Shown here: positions 38,403 through 48,308 of the stretch, in pieces
Position numbering within the stretch: the stretch's first letter is position 1
How the letters are laid out: every line of letters starts with the position of its first letter
Source of the DNA: an uncultured Erysipelotrichaceae bacterium
GTDB taxonomy: Bacteria > Bacillota_I > Bacilli_A > RF39 > UBA660
Direction: 5' to 3'
NCBI GenBank assembly: GCA_902801525.1
Contig: CADCIN010000006.1
Coordinates: 1 to 58,312, forward strand
DNA: 58,312 bases
Position numbers and translations under genes: made by a program
Notes under the pieces: generated by a model
Database searches by the model: none
Seen by the model: only the letters and a program-made list of their open reading frames with translations
What the model was told of the DNA's origin: nothing

Positions 38403-39526
38403 CTATATCTTTTAATTTCACTGAAAAAGAACTCATCAGTCATCCCAGCAATAAAATCAATAACTTTTCTTTTATCACAAGTATTGTCTAAATATCTATC
38501 AGATTGATGATTTAAAAATATAGTATAAATATAATTATCTGTATCTTTATTTTTAATCGCATCTAAATATACATTATAAATATTATTCATACCTTTTCTA
38601 TAATATTCTATTTCATCACTACCCATACTTTTACTATAAATATACTCATAATTATATTTCTTTAGCTTATTTAATGCTTCAAAAATTTCTTTACTCATCA
38701 TAATATATGGTTTATCTAAACTATTATGAATAATATCTAATATAATATTATTAACTATATCATGATTATTATTCCCAAGTACTTTAGTAATATCTTCAGG
38801 TAGATCACATCGATCAAGTAATCCTAAGTTAATTGCATCTTCAATATCTCTTCCAATATATCCAATAATATCACTTATTCTAACTACACATCCTTCTAAA
38901 GTCATAGGTCTATTTTTATTAAATGATTCTTTATCCACATAACTTTCTTTATATTCTCTAATAAATTCAGCTTTATCTTTTCTTTGAACTTCATATTTAT
39001 TTGAAAGCATTTCTCCATTATGACACATAATTCCATCTAAAGTCTGAACAGCTAAATCAAGACCATTTCCATTATTTTCAACTTCCATGTAATATCTAAC
39101 GCCTTGAATATTATGCATAAAATTTTCACCAAGTTCTCTTTTAGATATTTCATTTAAGAATGCTTCACCTGTATGGCCTAAAGGAGTATGTCCAATATCA
39201 TGTCCAAGTGCAATAGCTTCAATTAAATCAGTATTTAGACGAAGAGCCCTTCCAATTGTTCTTGCAATTTTACTAACAAGTTGAACATGCACCATTCTCT
39301 TAGATATATGATCATTCATTTTAAATGAATAAACCTGTGTTTTACCTTCATATCTAGTATAACTAAGTGAATGAATAATTCTATCAACATCTCTAAAAAA
39401 GATTGGTCTTAAATCTTCTTCTAAGTAACTCATTCTAAATCCATCACAGCTTTTAGTAGCATATTCACTAAAGAATTCTTCTCCTAGTAAAAAGTTCTTC
39501 TTCGCAGTCTTAATAATTTCATCCAT
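38399..39526 (-). CDS. HD-domain dGTP triphosphohydrolase-like protein
   Basis: F.RD.DRIIHS, KTQV, GHDIGHTP.GH.GE, TLEG, DFIAGMTD. Confidence 0.92.
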   Translation of the reverse strand: MDEIIKTAKKNFLLGEEFFSEYATKSCDGFRMSYLEEDLRPIFFRDVDRIIHSLSYTRYEGKTQVYSFKMNDHISKRMVHVQLVSKIARTIGRALRLNTDLIEAIALGHDIGHTPLGHTGEAFLNEISKRELGENFMHNIQGVRYYMEVENNGNGLDLAVQTLDGIMCHNGEMLSNKYEVQRKDKAEFIREYKESYVDKESFNKNRPMTLEGCVVRISDIIGYIGRDIEDAINLGLLDRCDLPEDITKVLGNNNHDIVNNIILDIIHNSLDKPYIMMSKEIFEALNKLKKYNYEYIYSKSMGSDEIEYYRKGMNNIYNVYLDAIKNKDTDNYIYTIFLNHQSDRYLDNTCDKRKVIDFIAGMTDEFFFSEIKRYS

Positions 39527-39528
39527 TA

Positions 39529-40713
39529 CTATTCAACAACCTTTCTAATCATAGAATACTTAACTATAGAAATATCACTATCTAAATATAAGTAATATAC
39601 TTCGTCTGGATGACGAGCAACATCCTCTTCTACCATGTCTTTATTATATAGTTTAGTAACTTTAAATTCTACCTCATCACCATTAGGTGAGAATAATAAG
39701 ACTGTATCACCTACTTCAAAATAATTTCTTTCAAGTATTTTAACTAAATGTTTATTCTTATCATATTCAAGTACTTGACCTAAATAATCTTGATTAGATA
39801 CTTCTACTCTACCTGTGTAATATTGATCATTCTTATCAGCTTCTTTAAGATAGTAATGAGTAGATACATCCCTATTTGCAACACGTGATAATGTTTTTTC
39901 ATAATTTTCCATCTTTTCATCTGTTAAAGTCCCATCATAATAAGAATCAATTAACTTACGATAAGTACCAATAACAGTTGCTAAATAATATAAGGATCTC
40001 ATTCTTCCTTCGACTTTAAAACTTCTAGCTCCAGATTCTATTAAATTAGGTATTAATCTAGCCATATTTAAATCTTTAGTAGCCATAGTAAATTCTAAAT
40101 TCTTATCTGTATTAAAACTAAATCTACAAACTTGACTACATCCACCTCTATTAGCATCACGATTAGTTACATAATTAGAAAGAGCACACCTACCAGAATA
40201 ACAAGTACACATCGCACCATGAATAAATACTTCTAAATCTATATCTACTTTTTCAGATATTTCTTTAATTTCTTTAATAGATACTTCTCTAGCAAGAACT
40301 ACCCTATCACATCCTTCTTCTTTATAGTACTCAATAGCTTTAATATTAGAAGTAGAAGCTTGTGTTGAAACATGAACTTCAACTTCAGGATGTTTAGATT
40401 TAATATATGAAATAATAAAAGGATCACTAACAATAAAAGCATCAATTCCAGCATCACAAACATCATCTATATATTCATATACACCATCAATATCTTCATT
40501 ATGAAAAACAATATTTAAAGTTAAATGAACCTTTTTACCAAGTTTATGTGCAAATTCACAACCTTCACGAATTTCATCTAACGAAAAATTAGTAGCATTA
40601 GCTCTTAAAGAATATTTTTTACCACCAATAAAAACAGCATCCGCACCATATAATAATGTAACTTTTAATCTCTCTAAATCTCCCGCAGGAGATAATAATT
40701 CAACTTTTCTCAT
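39529..40713 (-). CDS. yrrO: U32 family tRNA hydroxylation protein, large subunit
   Basis: ELLSPAG, HGAMC..YSGRC, NRGGC.Q.CR, KVEGRM. Confidence 0.9.
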   Translation of the reverse strand: MRKVELLSPAGDLERLKVTLLYGADAVFIGGKKYSLRANATNFSLDEIREGCEFAHKLGKKVHLTLNIVFHNEDIDGVYEYIDDVCDAGIDAFIVSDPFIISYIKSKHPEVEVHVSTQASTSNIKAIEYYKEEGCDRVVLAREVSIKEIKEISEKVDIDLEVFIHGAMCTCYSGRCALSNYVTNRDANRGGCSQVCRFSFNTDKNLEFTMATKDLNMARLIPNLIESGARSFKVEGRMRSLYYLATVIGTYRKLIDSYYDGTLTDEKMENYEKTLSRVANRDVSTHYYLKEADKNDQYYTGRVEVSNQDYLGQVLEYDKNKHLVKILERNYFEVGDTVLLFSPNGDEVEFKVTKLYNKDMVEEDVARHPDEVYYLYLDSDISIVKYSMIRKVVE

Positions 40714-40714
40714 A

Positions 40715-41572
40715 TTACTTCACCTTATAGATAGACTTTTTAAATAAAAAGTTTGTCTCCTCTCCAATGATATCTTTATATTTATCTAAATCATTAGATA
40801 CAAGTCCAGAATTAATATAATTAACTGTATCAGAAATAACATCTAAAAATAATTCATGTTCAATCCCAAACTCTCCAAATACTAAATATGGAAAACTATT
40901 ATTATATAAAGTCTTAATAGAAGAAAGACAATTAAGTACTTTATCTAAATAAAATACAGTACCACTCTTCTCTTCTAATAATTTATAATTTTCATGACTT
41001 ACTTTCTCATTAATTTCTAATTTACTAGTTTTTTCCAAATTAAAGTTATCTTCAAAATTACTAATTAGCTTACGTCTAGTATATGCAACATTACTAAGTC
41101 CAAATATATATACAAATGGAGTAATTTCGCTCTTTTCATTAATTTCTAATACTTCATCTAATGTAATCTCTTTAGATAAATATACGTATTTAACACCCTT
41201 ATCATGATAATAATTACAAGTATTATAATTAGTAGTCATATGCTCTTGACCCCAAACTAAATCAAAAGAATAATTATTATCTCTTTTTAATTTTAAAATA
41301 GCAATATCATAAAAAATAACACCCTTAATATTAATATCATTAAGCTTATTTAGCATATCTTCCAAATCTATTAAATCACTATTAAAAAAGTTCTTATTCA
41401 TAGATACAAATACTTCGGTATTATAATCTATGGTAATATTCTTAATCTCATCATAACTAAAATATACACTTGATCCAACACTAAAACCCTCAAGTGATAA
41501 AATAAATCCATTAATACCTTTATCAATATATGATTTAATATCTTTTGTTGCAACTTCACAAAGTATATTCAT
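40715..41572 (-). CDS. yrrN: U32 family partner subunit
   Basis: TTNY, LSKEITLDE, RRKLISNF; paired with yrrO. Confidence 0.8.
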   Translation of the reverse strand: MNILCEVATKDIKSYIDKGINGFILSLEGFSVGSSVYFSYDEIKNITIDYNTEVFVSMNKNFFNSDLIDLEDMLNKLNDINIKGVIFYDIAILKLKRDNNYSFDLVWGQEHMTTNYNTCNYYHDKGVKYVYLSKEITLDEVLEINEKSEITPFVYIFGLSNVAYTRRKLISNFEDNFNLEKTSKLEINEKVSHENYKLLEEKSGTVFYLDKVLNCLSSIKTLYNNSFPYLVFGEFGIEHELFLDVISDTVNYINSGLVSNDLDKYKDIIGEETNFLFKKSIYKVK

Positions 41573-41623
41573 TTAAATCACCTCACAAAGATTATATATC
41601 AAAAAAAAAAAAAAAGAAACTTA

Positions 41624-42220
41624 TTATTTCTTTCTTACACTAACTGCAACTCCATCTCCTACGTTGTGAAATCTAGTTACATAGTCTTCATTATTTTCTA
41701 AAAACACTTTATAGTTTTTAACTTTTCTAACTAATGCTCTTAAGTCTTTACTTTTAATTTCACCTTCATCTTTAAATACTAATCCATGAAAGTTCATATT
41801 ATCAGTAATAATTGACCCATCCTCATTTAAATTCTTAGAAAACATTTCAAAGAATTTTTGATTTTGACTCTTAGCAGCATCTATAAATACTAAATCAAAT
41901 TTACCATCTATTTTAACATCTAATGCATCATGATAAATTAAAGTAATTTTATCTTCTAATTTAAACTTCTTAATATTTTTTAATGCTTCTATATATCTTT
42001 TTTCATCTCTTTCGATAGTTGTAACTTTAACATTTGGTTGAGATAAACACATCATAATAGCTGAAAAACCAATAGCAGTTCCAATTTCTAATATATTATG
42101 TATATTATTTTTAATAATATATGTAGTCAAAAAATTAATTCCTTCATCTTGCATAATAGGAACATTATTTTCATCAGCATAATCTCTAATTTCCTTTATC
42201 ATGGCATAATAATTTACCAT
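41624..42220 (-). CDS. trmR: tRNA 5-hydroxyuridine O-methyltransferase (YrrM)
   Basis: VPIM, ILEIGTAIGFS, FIDAAK, DN, GDG; synteny with mltG and the U32 pair. Confidence 0.85.
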   Translation of the reverse strand: MVNYYAMIKEIRDYADENNVPIMQDEGINFLTTYIIKNNIHNILEIGTAIGFSAIMMCLSQPNVKVTTIERDEKRYIEALKNIKKFKLEDKITLIYHDALDVKIDGKFDLVFIDAAKSQNQKFFEMFSKNLNEDGSIITDNMNFHGLVFKDEGEIKSKDLRALVRKVKNYKVFLENNEDYVTRFHNVGDGVAVSVRKK

Positions 42221-43293
42221 ATCCAGTCACCTCTTGCTTTTATTTCACTAACAATTTTCTCATGCTCACTAATTGTCTTCGAATAATAAATTTTTCCCTT
42301 TTTATCCGCAACAAAATAATAATAATCATTACTACTAGGATTAATACTAGCCTCTATAGCAGACAAACTAAAATTACAAATTGGTCCAATTGGAAGCTTA
42401 CCTCCCATATTACTAGCTCTAGTATTATATGGATTAATAGTAGCAAATTGTGCAGTAGTTAAATCACTTGTCATAGGATATTGTAGTGCATAATAAGTAG
42501 TAACATCACTACCTAAATTCATATTAGCTTTAAGTCTATTATTAAATACACCTACAATCATCTTACGATTAGTAGTATTAGTACCTTCAAGTTCAACAAT
42601 AGATGCCATAGTAATATAATTATGAATCGAACCTGTCATACTATTTTTATATTTAGATAATACTTTATCTGTTTGATCAAGCATAACTTCAACAATTTTT
42701 TTAATAGATACATCTTTATCACTAAATTGATAAGTATCTGGTGCTAAATAACCCTCTAGTGGATAATAAATATCTTCATTTAATATTTCACTAGTCAAAA
42801 ACCAATATTTATTAATTAACTCATTAATATAAACTTTATCATTTAAAGTACTAATAACTTCTTCATAAGTATGATTAGTATTATTGCTAATTTCTAATGC
42901 ATAATCAGTTATTCTTTCTCCCTCTTTAAAAGTAATTTTAATATTATTTTCGTTATAATTATTTCCATTATTAAGTACTGAAACTATCTCTTTTAAATTC
43001 ATACTTCTATTAAAAGTATATGTAGAAGCTTTTAAAGAATTTAATCTATGAAATTTAACGTAGAAAAAGAAGTAAGCTTCACTTCTAATTAAATTATCTT
43101 TCTTTAAAGTATCTGCAATATTCTTAGTACCAGTACCACTCTTAATAACAACTTCAATATCCTTTTTATCACTAGAGTCTACTGGTAAACAAAAAATAAA
43201 ATTAATAATTCCAAATAAAATTAATAATATTATGAAAACAATAAAAGTTATTAATAAAATACGAGGTCCTTTTTTTAATTTTAATTTTGTCAA
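42214..43293 (-). CDS. mltG: Endolytic transglycosylase MltG
   Basis: LEGYL.PDTY, ASIVELE (catalytic Glu), VF.NRL, PYNT, LP.GPI. Confidence 0.95.
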   Translation of the reverse strand: MTKLKLKKGPRILLITFIVFIILLILFGIINFIFCLPVDSSDKKDIEVVIKSGTGTKNIADTLKKDNLIRSEAYFFFYVKFHRLNSLKASTYTFNRSMNLKEIVSVLNNGNNYNENNIKITFKEGERITDYALEISNNTNHTYEEVISTLNDKVYINELINKYWFLTSEILNEDIYYPLEGYLAPDTYQFSDKDVSIKKIVEVMLDQTDKVLSKYKNSMTGSIHNYITMASIVELEGTNTTNRKMIVGVFNNRLKANMNLGSDVTTYYALQYPMTSDLTTAQFATINPYNTRASNMGGKLPIGPICNFSLSAIEASINPSSNDYYYFVADKKGKIYYSKTISEHEKIVSEIKARGDWIW

Positions 43294-43318
43294 TTACTTC
43301 CCCTCCAAAAACAAACAA

Positions 43319-43606
43319 TTACTGTTCATCATCACTATCCTTTTTTTGTATTTCTTCTTGTAAAGTACTTAAAATAGTCTCAATTACTTTCCATTCTTTT
43401 TCAGTAGTAATTGGATCTAATCTACTATCTTCTTCTTCTGGATAATAAATTGATGCAAAAACTCTAACATTACCAGTCTCATCAACACTATTATCAGTAT
43501 ACACTATATAATTTTTATTTGTTTCTTCACTTTCAAATGTAAATAAAACATCATAAAATACTTCTTTTCCTTCTTCTGTCATCATTGAAAATCTATTCTT
43601 TTTCAT
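43319..43606 (-). CDS. DUF1292 (YrzB) family protein
   Basis: VLFTF.S....K.YIVY, L.PI.TE.EW; synteny. Confidence 0.85.
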   Translation of the reverse strand: MKKNRFSMMTEEGKEVFYDVLFTFESEETNKNYIVYTDNSVDETGNVRVFASIYYPEEEDSRLDPITTEKEWKVIETILSTLQEEIQKKDSDDEQ

Positions 43607-43609
43607 TCT

Positions 43610-44020
43610 TTATCTCCTATCTAAATAACTTTGTAATATAATTGTAGCAGCTAAAGAGTCAACAACTTTCTTTCTATTTTTTCTAGAAGTTCCACCCTTT
43701 ATTAAAACATCTGTAGCTTGTTTTGTAGTTAATCTCTCATCCTGTAATATAACTGGAATATCAAGAAGTTTTTCTAATTCTTCTTTGAATTTAATAGAAA
43801 GTTCTCCTTTAGGACCAACCGTATTATTCATATTTTTTGGATAGCCTAAAATAATAGTTTCTATTTTATTCTCATTAACTAACTTATTAACTTCACCAAG
43901 TAAAAACTTATAATCTTCATTATGCCTAATTGTTCCATGACTACTCGCAATAATACCTAAACTATCACTCATAGCAACACCTAGCGTACGACTGCCTAAA
44001 TCAAGTCCTAAGTAACGCAT
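43610..44020 (-). CDS. ruvX: YqgF/RuvX pre-16S rRNA nuclease
   Basis: GLDLG..T.GVA.SD, DERLTT, VD.LAA.IILQ. Confidence 0.95.
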   Translation of the reverse strand: MRYLGLDLGSRTLGVAMSDSLGIIASSHGTIRHNEDYKFLLGEVNKLVNENKIETIILGYPKNMNNTVGPKGELSIKFKEELEKLLDIPVILQDERLTTKQATDVLIKGGTSRKNRKKVVDSLAATIILQSYLDRR

Positions 44021-44022
44021 AA

Positions 44023-44268
44023 TTAAATACCTTTAAAATTTCTAAGTAATACTTCTATAATCTTTTCACGATCAATTTCTTGAATCTTACCTCTAGCATT
44101 TTTATAACTAGAAATATAACCAGGATCACCACTAATTAAATAACCAACGATTTGATTAGTTGAATCATATCCTCTTTCATCAAGCGCATCACTAACATAA
44201 TTAATAATTTCATGAATTTCTTGTGTGTTTATATCTTTAATTGAAAATAAACTTGTTTTATCAGACAT
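44023..44268 (-). CDS. ireB: IreB/ReoM (YrzL) regulatory phosphoprotein
   Basis: DKT..F, AL.ERGY...NQIVGYLISGDP.YI. Confidence 0.92.
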   Translation of the reverse strand: MSDKTSLFSIKDINTQEIHEIINYVSDALDERGYDSTNQIVGYLISGDPGYISSYKNARGKIQEIDREKIIEVLLRNFKGI

Positions 44269-44339
44269 ATAATCACCTCTCTACAATATAATAACTATAA
44301 TAATTTTAACACTAACAAAATATAATTACAATAAATTTA

Positions 44340-45491
44340 TTATTTACTTGCATAAACAAAAGTCATAAAAATAACAAATAATAAGAAAAGTAAACTAATA
44401 ATTAAACCATTAAATCTTTCAAAAGTACTTCCCTTATCTTTAACTCCTAAACCAGTAGAAATAATAAATCCACCAAGTAAGCCACCAATATGTGCAAAGT
44501 TATCTACACCAGTTAAAATAAATCCAAGAATTAAGTTCATAATAATAAGTGGTATAATTTGACTTTTAACTACATTTCCTAAATATACTCTGTAATAATA
44601 ACCAAAATAAACAAGTGAACCAAGTAAACCAAATATCGCACCAGATGCTCCAATAGATGCTGCATTTTGATTAAATAAAATAGAAAATAAAGATCCACAT
44701 AATCCACTAAAAAAATATATTAACAAATATTTAAATTTACCATAAAAGCTCTCTATTTGAGTACCAATAACATATAAAGAATAACAATTAAATGCTAAAT
44801 GAATTATATTTCCATGTAAAAATATACCTGTAATAAGTCTATAATATTCACCCGCTCTAATATCTGGTCCATATATACAAAATTTATTAATAATACTATT
44901 ATAACTACCAAACATAATAGGAATAATATATAAAAGAATATTAATAGCAATTAATAAATAGGTAATCATTGGAAACTTACTACTAAATACTTTTTCAATC
45001 TTAGATGCATCACGTTTATTATGTTCATTAATATCATAAGTTATTTTATTAAATAATTCTACTCCCTCTTCATTATAAATTAAACCATTTTTAATATCAG
45101 GAAATTCCTCTTTAACAACTTTATCTTTTATTACATCATCTATATCATTAACTCTAACCCATTTAATATCCTTATAAGAATTATCTCTTGTAATATTCTC
45201 CCCTAAATCTAAAAATAAACTTAAAGTATGTATATTAAATGACAAAGTCTTTCTCTTAATCTTTTTTATTATTCTTCTAGTTTTAAATATATCAAAATCA
45301 AATTGCTCATCATTATGAATATATCCAGATACAATTCTAATCACTTTATAATCTTCATCTAAGTTTTCAAGCCAAATCTCATTATCTATTCCTTGAATAA
45401 TAATAGGATCATAATTCTTTTCAATAATAAAATAATGAAGTAATTTCATAATCATAATGTTTTTCTTATCTAAAAAAGATTCATTATCCAT
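44340..45491 (-). CDS. Rhomboid intramembrane serine protease (GluP-like)
   Basis: GEYYRL, FLH...HL.FN, GASGAIFG, AHIGG. Confidence 0.93.
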   Translation of the reverse strand: MDNESFLDKKNIMIMKLLHYFIIEKNYDPIIIQGIDNEIWLENLDEDYKVIRIVSGYIHNDEQFDFDIFKTRRIIKKIKRKTLSFNIHTLSLFLDLGENITRDNSYKDIKWVRVNDIDDVIKDKVVKEEFPDIKNGLIYNEEGVELFNKITYDINEHNKRDASKIEKVFSSKFPMITYLLIAINILLYIIPIMFGSYNSIINKFCIYGPDIRAGEYYRLITGIFLHGNIIHLAFNCYSLYVIGTQIESFYGKFKYLLIYFFSGLCGSLFSILFNQNAASIGASGAIFGLLGSLVYFGYYYRVYLGNVVKSQIIPLIIMNLILGFILTGVDNFAHIGGLLGGFIISTGLGVKDKGSTFERFNGLIISLLFLLFVIFMTFVYASK

Positions 45492-45550
45492 ATTAACACC
45501 TCCTAAAACAATAATATTATTATACAATAAATCATAAAATATTAAAAGAG

Positions 45551-46003
45551 GTGATAAACATCAAAAAAATATTGAAGTTTTTAATTATTCTAATGCCATG
45601 GTTTATAACTAGTCTAATAAAAATAGATTATTCTTATTATGATTCTATTAGACTTCCATTCTTCTCTCCTCCAAGAATATTCTATCCAGTAGCTTGGACA
45701 GTAAACTATATTTTAATATCTATAAGTATTTATCAAATATTAAGTATAGAAAAAAATAAAAAGTATCTAAAAATACTTTTATTAAATTATTTATGTAATC
45801 AGTCTTTCCAAATAACATTCTTCTTATTAAAAAATCAATTTCTTGGTTTCGTATCATGTATTACTACATTTATAACAACACTATTTCTATACCAAGAAAC
45901 TGAAAGTATAAATGAAAAAAGTACAAAGTATCTAGATCCTTATGTACTCCTATCACTATTTGCAACAATTCTATCATTAACTATATATGTACTAAATAAA
46001 TAA
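45551..46003 (+). CDS. TspO/MBR family membrane protein
   Basis: Y.....P.FSPP..F..AW, FF, PY; start codon uncertain. Confidence 0.85.
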   Translation: MINIKKILKFLIILMPWFITSLIKIDYSYYDSIRLPFFSPPRIFYPVAWTVNYILISISIYQILSIEKNKKYLKILLLNYLCNQSFQITFFLLKNQFLGFVSCITTFITTLFLYQETESINEKSTKYLDPYVLLSLFATILSLTIYVLNK

Positions 46004-46005
46004 TA

Positions 46006-46899
46006 CTATTGGTTAATAATATTAACTATTTCATTAATAACAAGTTTACTCTCTTTTGATGGAAAAAGCATAAAATTATGTTGCATGTTTTTAAATTCAT
46101 AAAAATTATATTTAATCTTTTCTTTATCCAATTTACTAACTACTTTGTGACAATCCGGATTAAATATTTCACATCCAGAAGTAAAAATACTAAGTAATCC
46201 AATATTATTAAAATCTCCATATATAGGACTAACTAAATAATTATTAGGATCAGCATCACTCCAAATATTAGCTACATAACTAATACCAGTAGTAGACAAA
46301 CACCTGTCAATTTTTTCATAGTTGTTAATTTTAGAATTAGTAAATGTATAATCCATACAAGGAGATATTATAATTATATTATGAGGACACATCTTCTTAT
46401 TATCTCGTAAATACATAGAAAAACTAATTGCCATACTACCACCACAAGAATCACCAATAAAATGAATATTATCAGTATTTTTTAAAATTTTTTCATATAA
46501 ATCATCTAATAATTCAAAACACTTTTTATAATTATTTCTGGGACTTAAAGGATAAACTGAAAATACTAAAGTGGAATCAGTAAGTATAGAAATCTTTTTC
46601 ATAAAATTTAATTGATATCTATTAGCTTCACTAATAAAACTACCACCGTGTAAATAAAGAATAACTCTTCTATTTTTCAGGTTTAAATTGCCATTAAAAG
46701 TATAAATATTCATACCATTATATTCTAAGAATTTAAATCCCATTTTTCTAGGTAAATTATAAATAATTTTAGTACTAAGTTTTTTAATATATTTAGAAGT
46801 ATTACGAGTAGAAATAAAATTTTTCTTTAAATTTAAAAATCTAAATATTATATTATTAAATCTTCCACTAATAGATACTCTGTCATAATATTTTTTCAT
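46006..46899 (-). CDS. HSL-type alpha/beta hydrolase (esterase)
   Basis: HGGSF, GDSCGG, SP, MQH. Confidence 0.92.
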   Translation of the reverse strand: MKKYYDRVSISGRFNNIIFRFLNLKKNFISTRNTSKYIKKLSTKIIYNLPRKMGFKFLEYNGMNIYTFNGNLNLKNRRVILYLHGGSFISEANRYQLNFMKKISILTDSTLVFSVYPLSPRNNYKKCFELLDDLYEKILKNTDNIHFIGDSCGGSMAISFSMYLRDNKKMCPHNIIIISPCMDYTFTNSKINNYEKIDRCLSTTGISYVANIWSDADPNNYLVSPIYGDFNNIGLLSIFTSGCEIFNPDCHKVVSKLDKEKIKYNFYEFKNMQHNFMLFPSKESKLVINEIVNIINQ

Positions 46900-46957
46900 A
46901 AAAGTCACACCCTACGTTAATGATTATACAAAAAAACAAAAAAACAGTAAAGTTTAT

Positions 46958-47845
46958 TTAAAAATTACTGTTTTTTAATTCCTCTAATTTATCTAAAAAT
47001 TCTTTAGGAGCCTCTTGTTCAAAGAATAGTTCTTCACCAGTTCTAGGATGTTTAAATCTAATACTTTTTGAATGAAGCATTTGACCAAAATCAGTGCATT
47101 TACCCTTTCCATATAAAGGATCATTAACAATAGGATAACCAATATAAGCCATATGAACTCTAATTTGATGAGTACGTCCAGTCTCTAATACACATTCAAT
47201 TAATGTATTTTCCTTAAATCTTTCTAAAACACTAAAATGTGTAACTGCATTACGACTGTTTTGGGCAGTAACAGCCATCTTTTGTCTATTATTAAAATCT
47301 CTTCCAATAGGTGCATCAATTGTACCAGAATCATTCTTTATTACTCCAGTAACTATAGCTAAGTAGTGTCTATCTACCCTTTTTTCAGAAATCATACTAG
47401 AAAGTTTTTCAAGAGTAAAATCATTCTTTGCAACTAACATTAAACCACTAGTATCTTTATCTAGTCTATGTACAATACCAGGTCTAAAACTATCTCCGCA
47501 AGACAAATTATATTTATATATTAATGCATTAACTAAAGTACCAGTATAATGACCAGGTGCAGGATGTACGACCATACCAGAAGGTTTATTAATAACTATT
47601 AAATCATCATCTTCATAAACTATATCTAAAGGTATATCCTCGCCTTCTATATTAATAGAATAATCTAAGTCATCATTAACAACAATTTTATCACCTACAT
47701 GAACTAGATATTTAACAGGTTTAATTTCACCATTAACTGTAACTAATCCATCTTTAATTAATTTTTGTACTTTACTACGTGAAAGTTCAAGTTTATTAGC
47801 CAAATAAACATCTAATCTTTCATTTTCTAATTCTATTTCTATCAT
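46958..47845 (-). CDS. rluD: RluA/RluD-family pseudouridine synthase
   Basis: S4 domain, NKP.G.VVHP, HRLDKDTSG, TGRTHQIRVH. Confidence 0.9.
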   Translation of the reverse strand: MIEIELENERLDVYLANKLELSRSKVQKLIKDGLVTVNGEIKPVKYLVHVGDKIVVNDDLDYSINIEGEDIPLDIVYEDDDLIVINKPSGMVVHPAPGHYTGTLVNALIYKYNLSCGDSFRPGIVHRLDKDTSGLMLVAKNDFTLEKLSSMISEKRVDRHYLAIVTGVIKNDSGTIDAPIGRDFNNRQKMAVTAQNSRNAVTHFSVLERFKENTLIECVLETGRTHQIRVHMAYIGYPIVNDPLYGKGKCTDFGQMLHSKSIRFKHPRTGEELFFEQEAPKEFLDKLEELKNSNF

Positions 47846-48308
47846 TACTCTTCCTCCAAATTATAAATTCTCTAATTATTAATAAAATAACACCAACTAC
47901 AATACATATATCTGCTAAATTAAATACTGGAAAATCATACCCAAATATTTTAAATGCTAAATAGTCAATAACCCCATCATATAATAATCTATCTATTAAA
48001 TTACCAAGTATTCCAGCAATTATCATACCATAGTATACTATTAAATGTTTATCTTTTATATTTTCTTTAGTTATATATCTATCAATAATAAATAATATTA
48101 TAAAACTAATTAATATAAGAAATATTCTTTGTCCCTCAAGTATAGAAAATGCTGCACCTTTATTTTCTATATAAAATATAGAGAAAAAGTTAGGAATTAC
48201 TTTAATTTGATCAAGTAAATTCATTTTAGTTTTAATAAACAATTTAATAATTTGATCAAATATCAAAAAAAGTGCAGTCATACTATATATCTTTTCTTTA
48301 TTCTTCAT
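47820..48308 (-). CDS. lspA: Lipoprotein signal peptidase
   Basis: DQ..K, N.GAAFS, GNLIDR, VIDY, FNLAD. Confidence 0.96.
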   Translation of the reverse strand: MKNKEKIYSMTALFLIFDQIIKLFIKTKMNLLDQIKVIPNFFSIFYIENKGAAFSILEGQRIFLILISFIILFIIDRYITKENIKDKHLIVYYGMIIAGILGNLIDRLLYDGVIDYLAFKIFGYDFPVFNLADICIVVGVILLIIREFIIWRKSNDRNRIRK

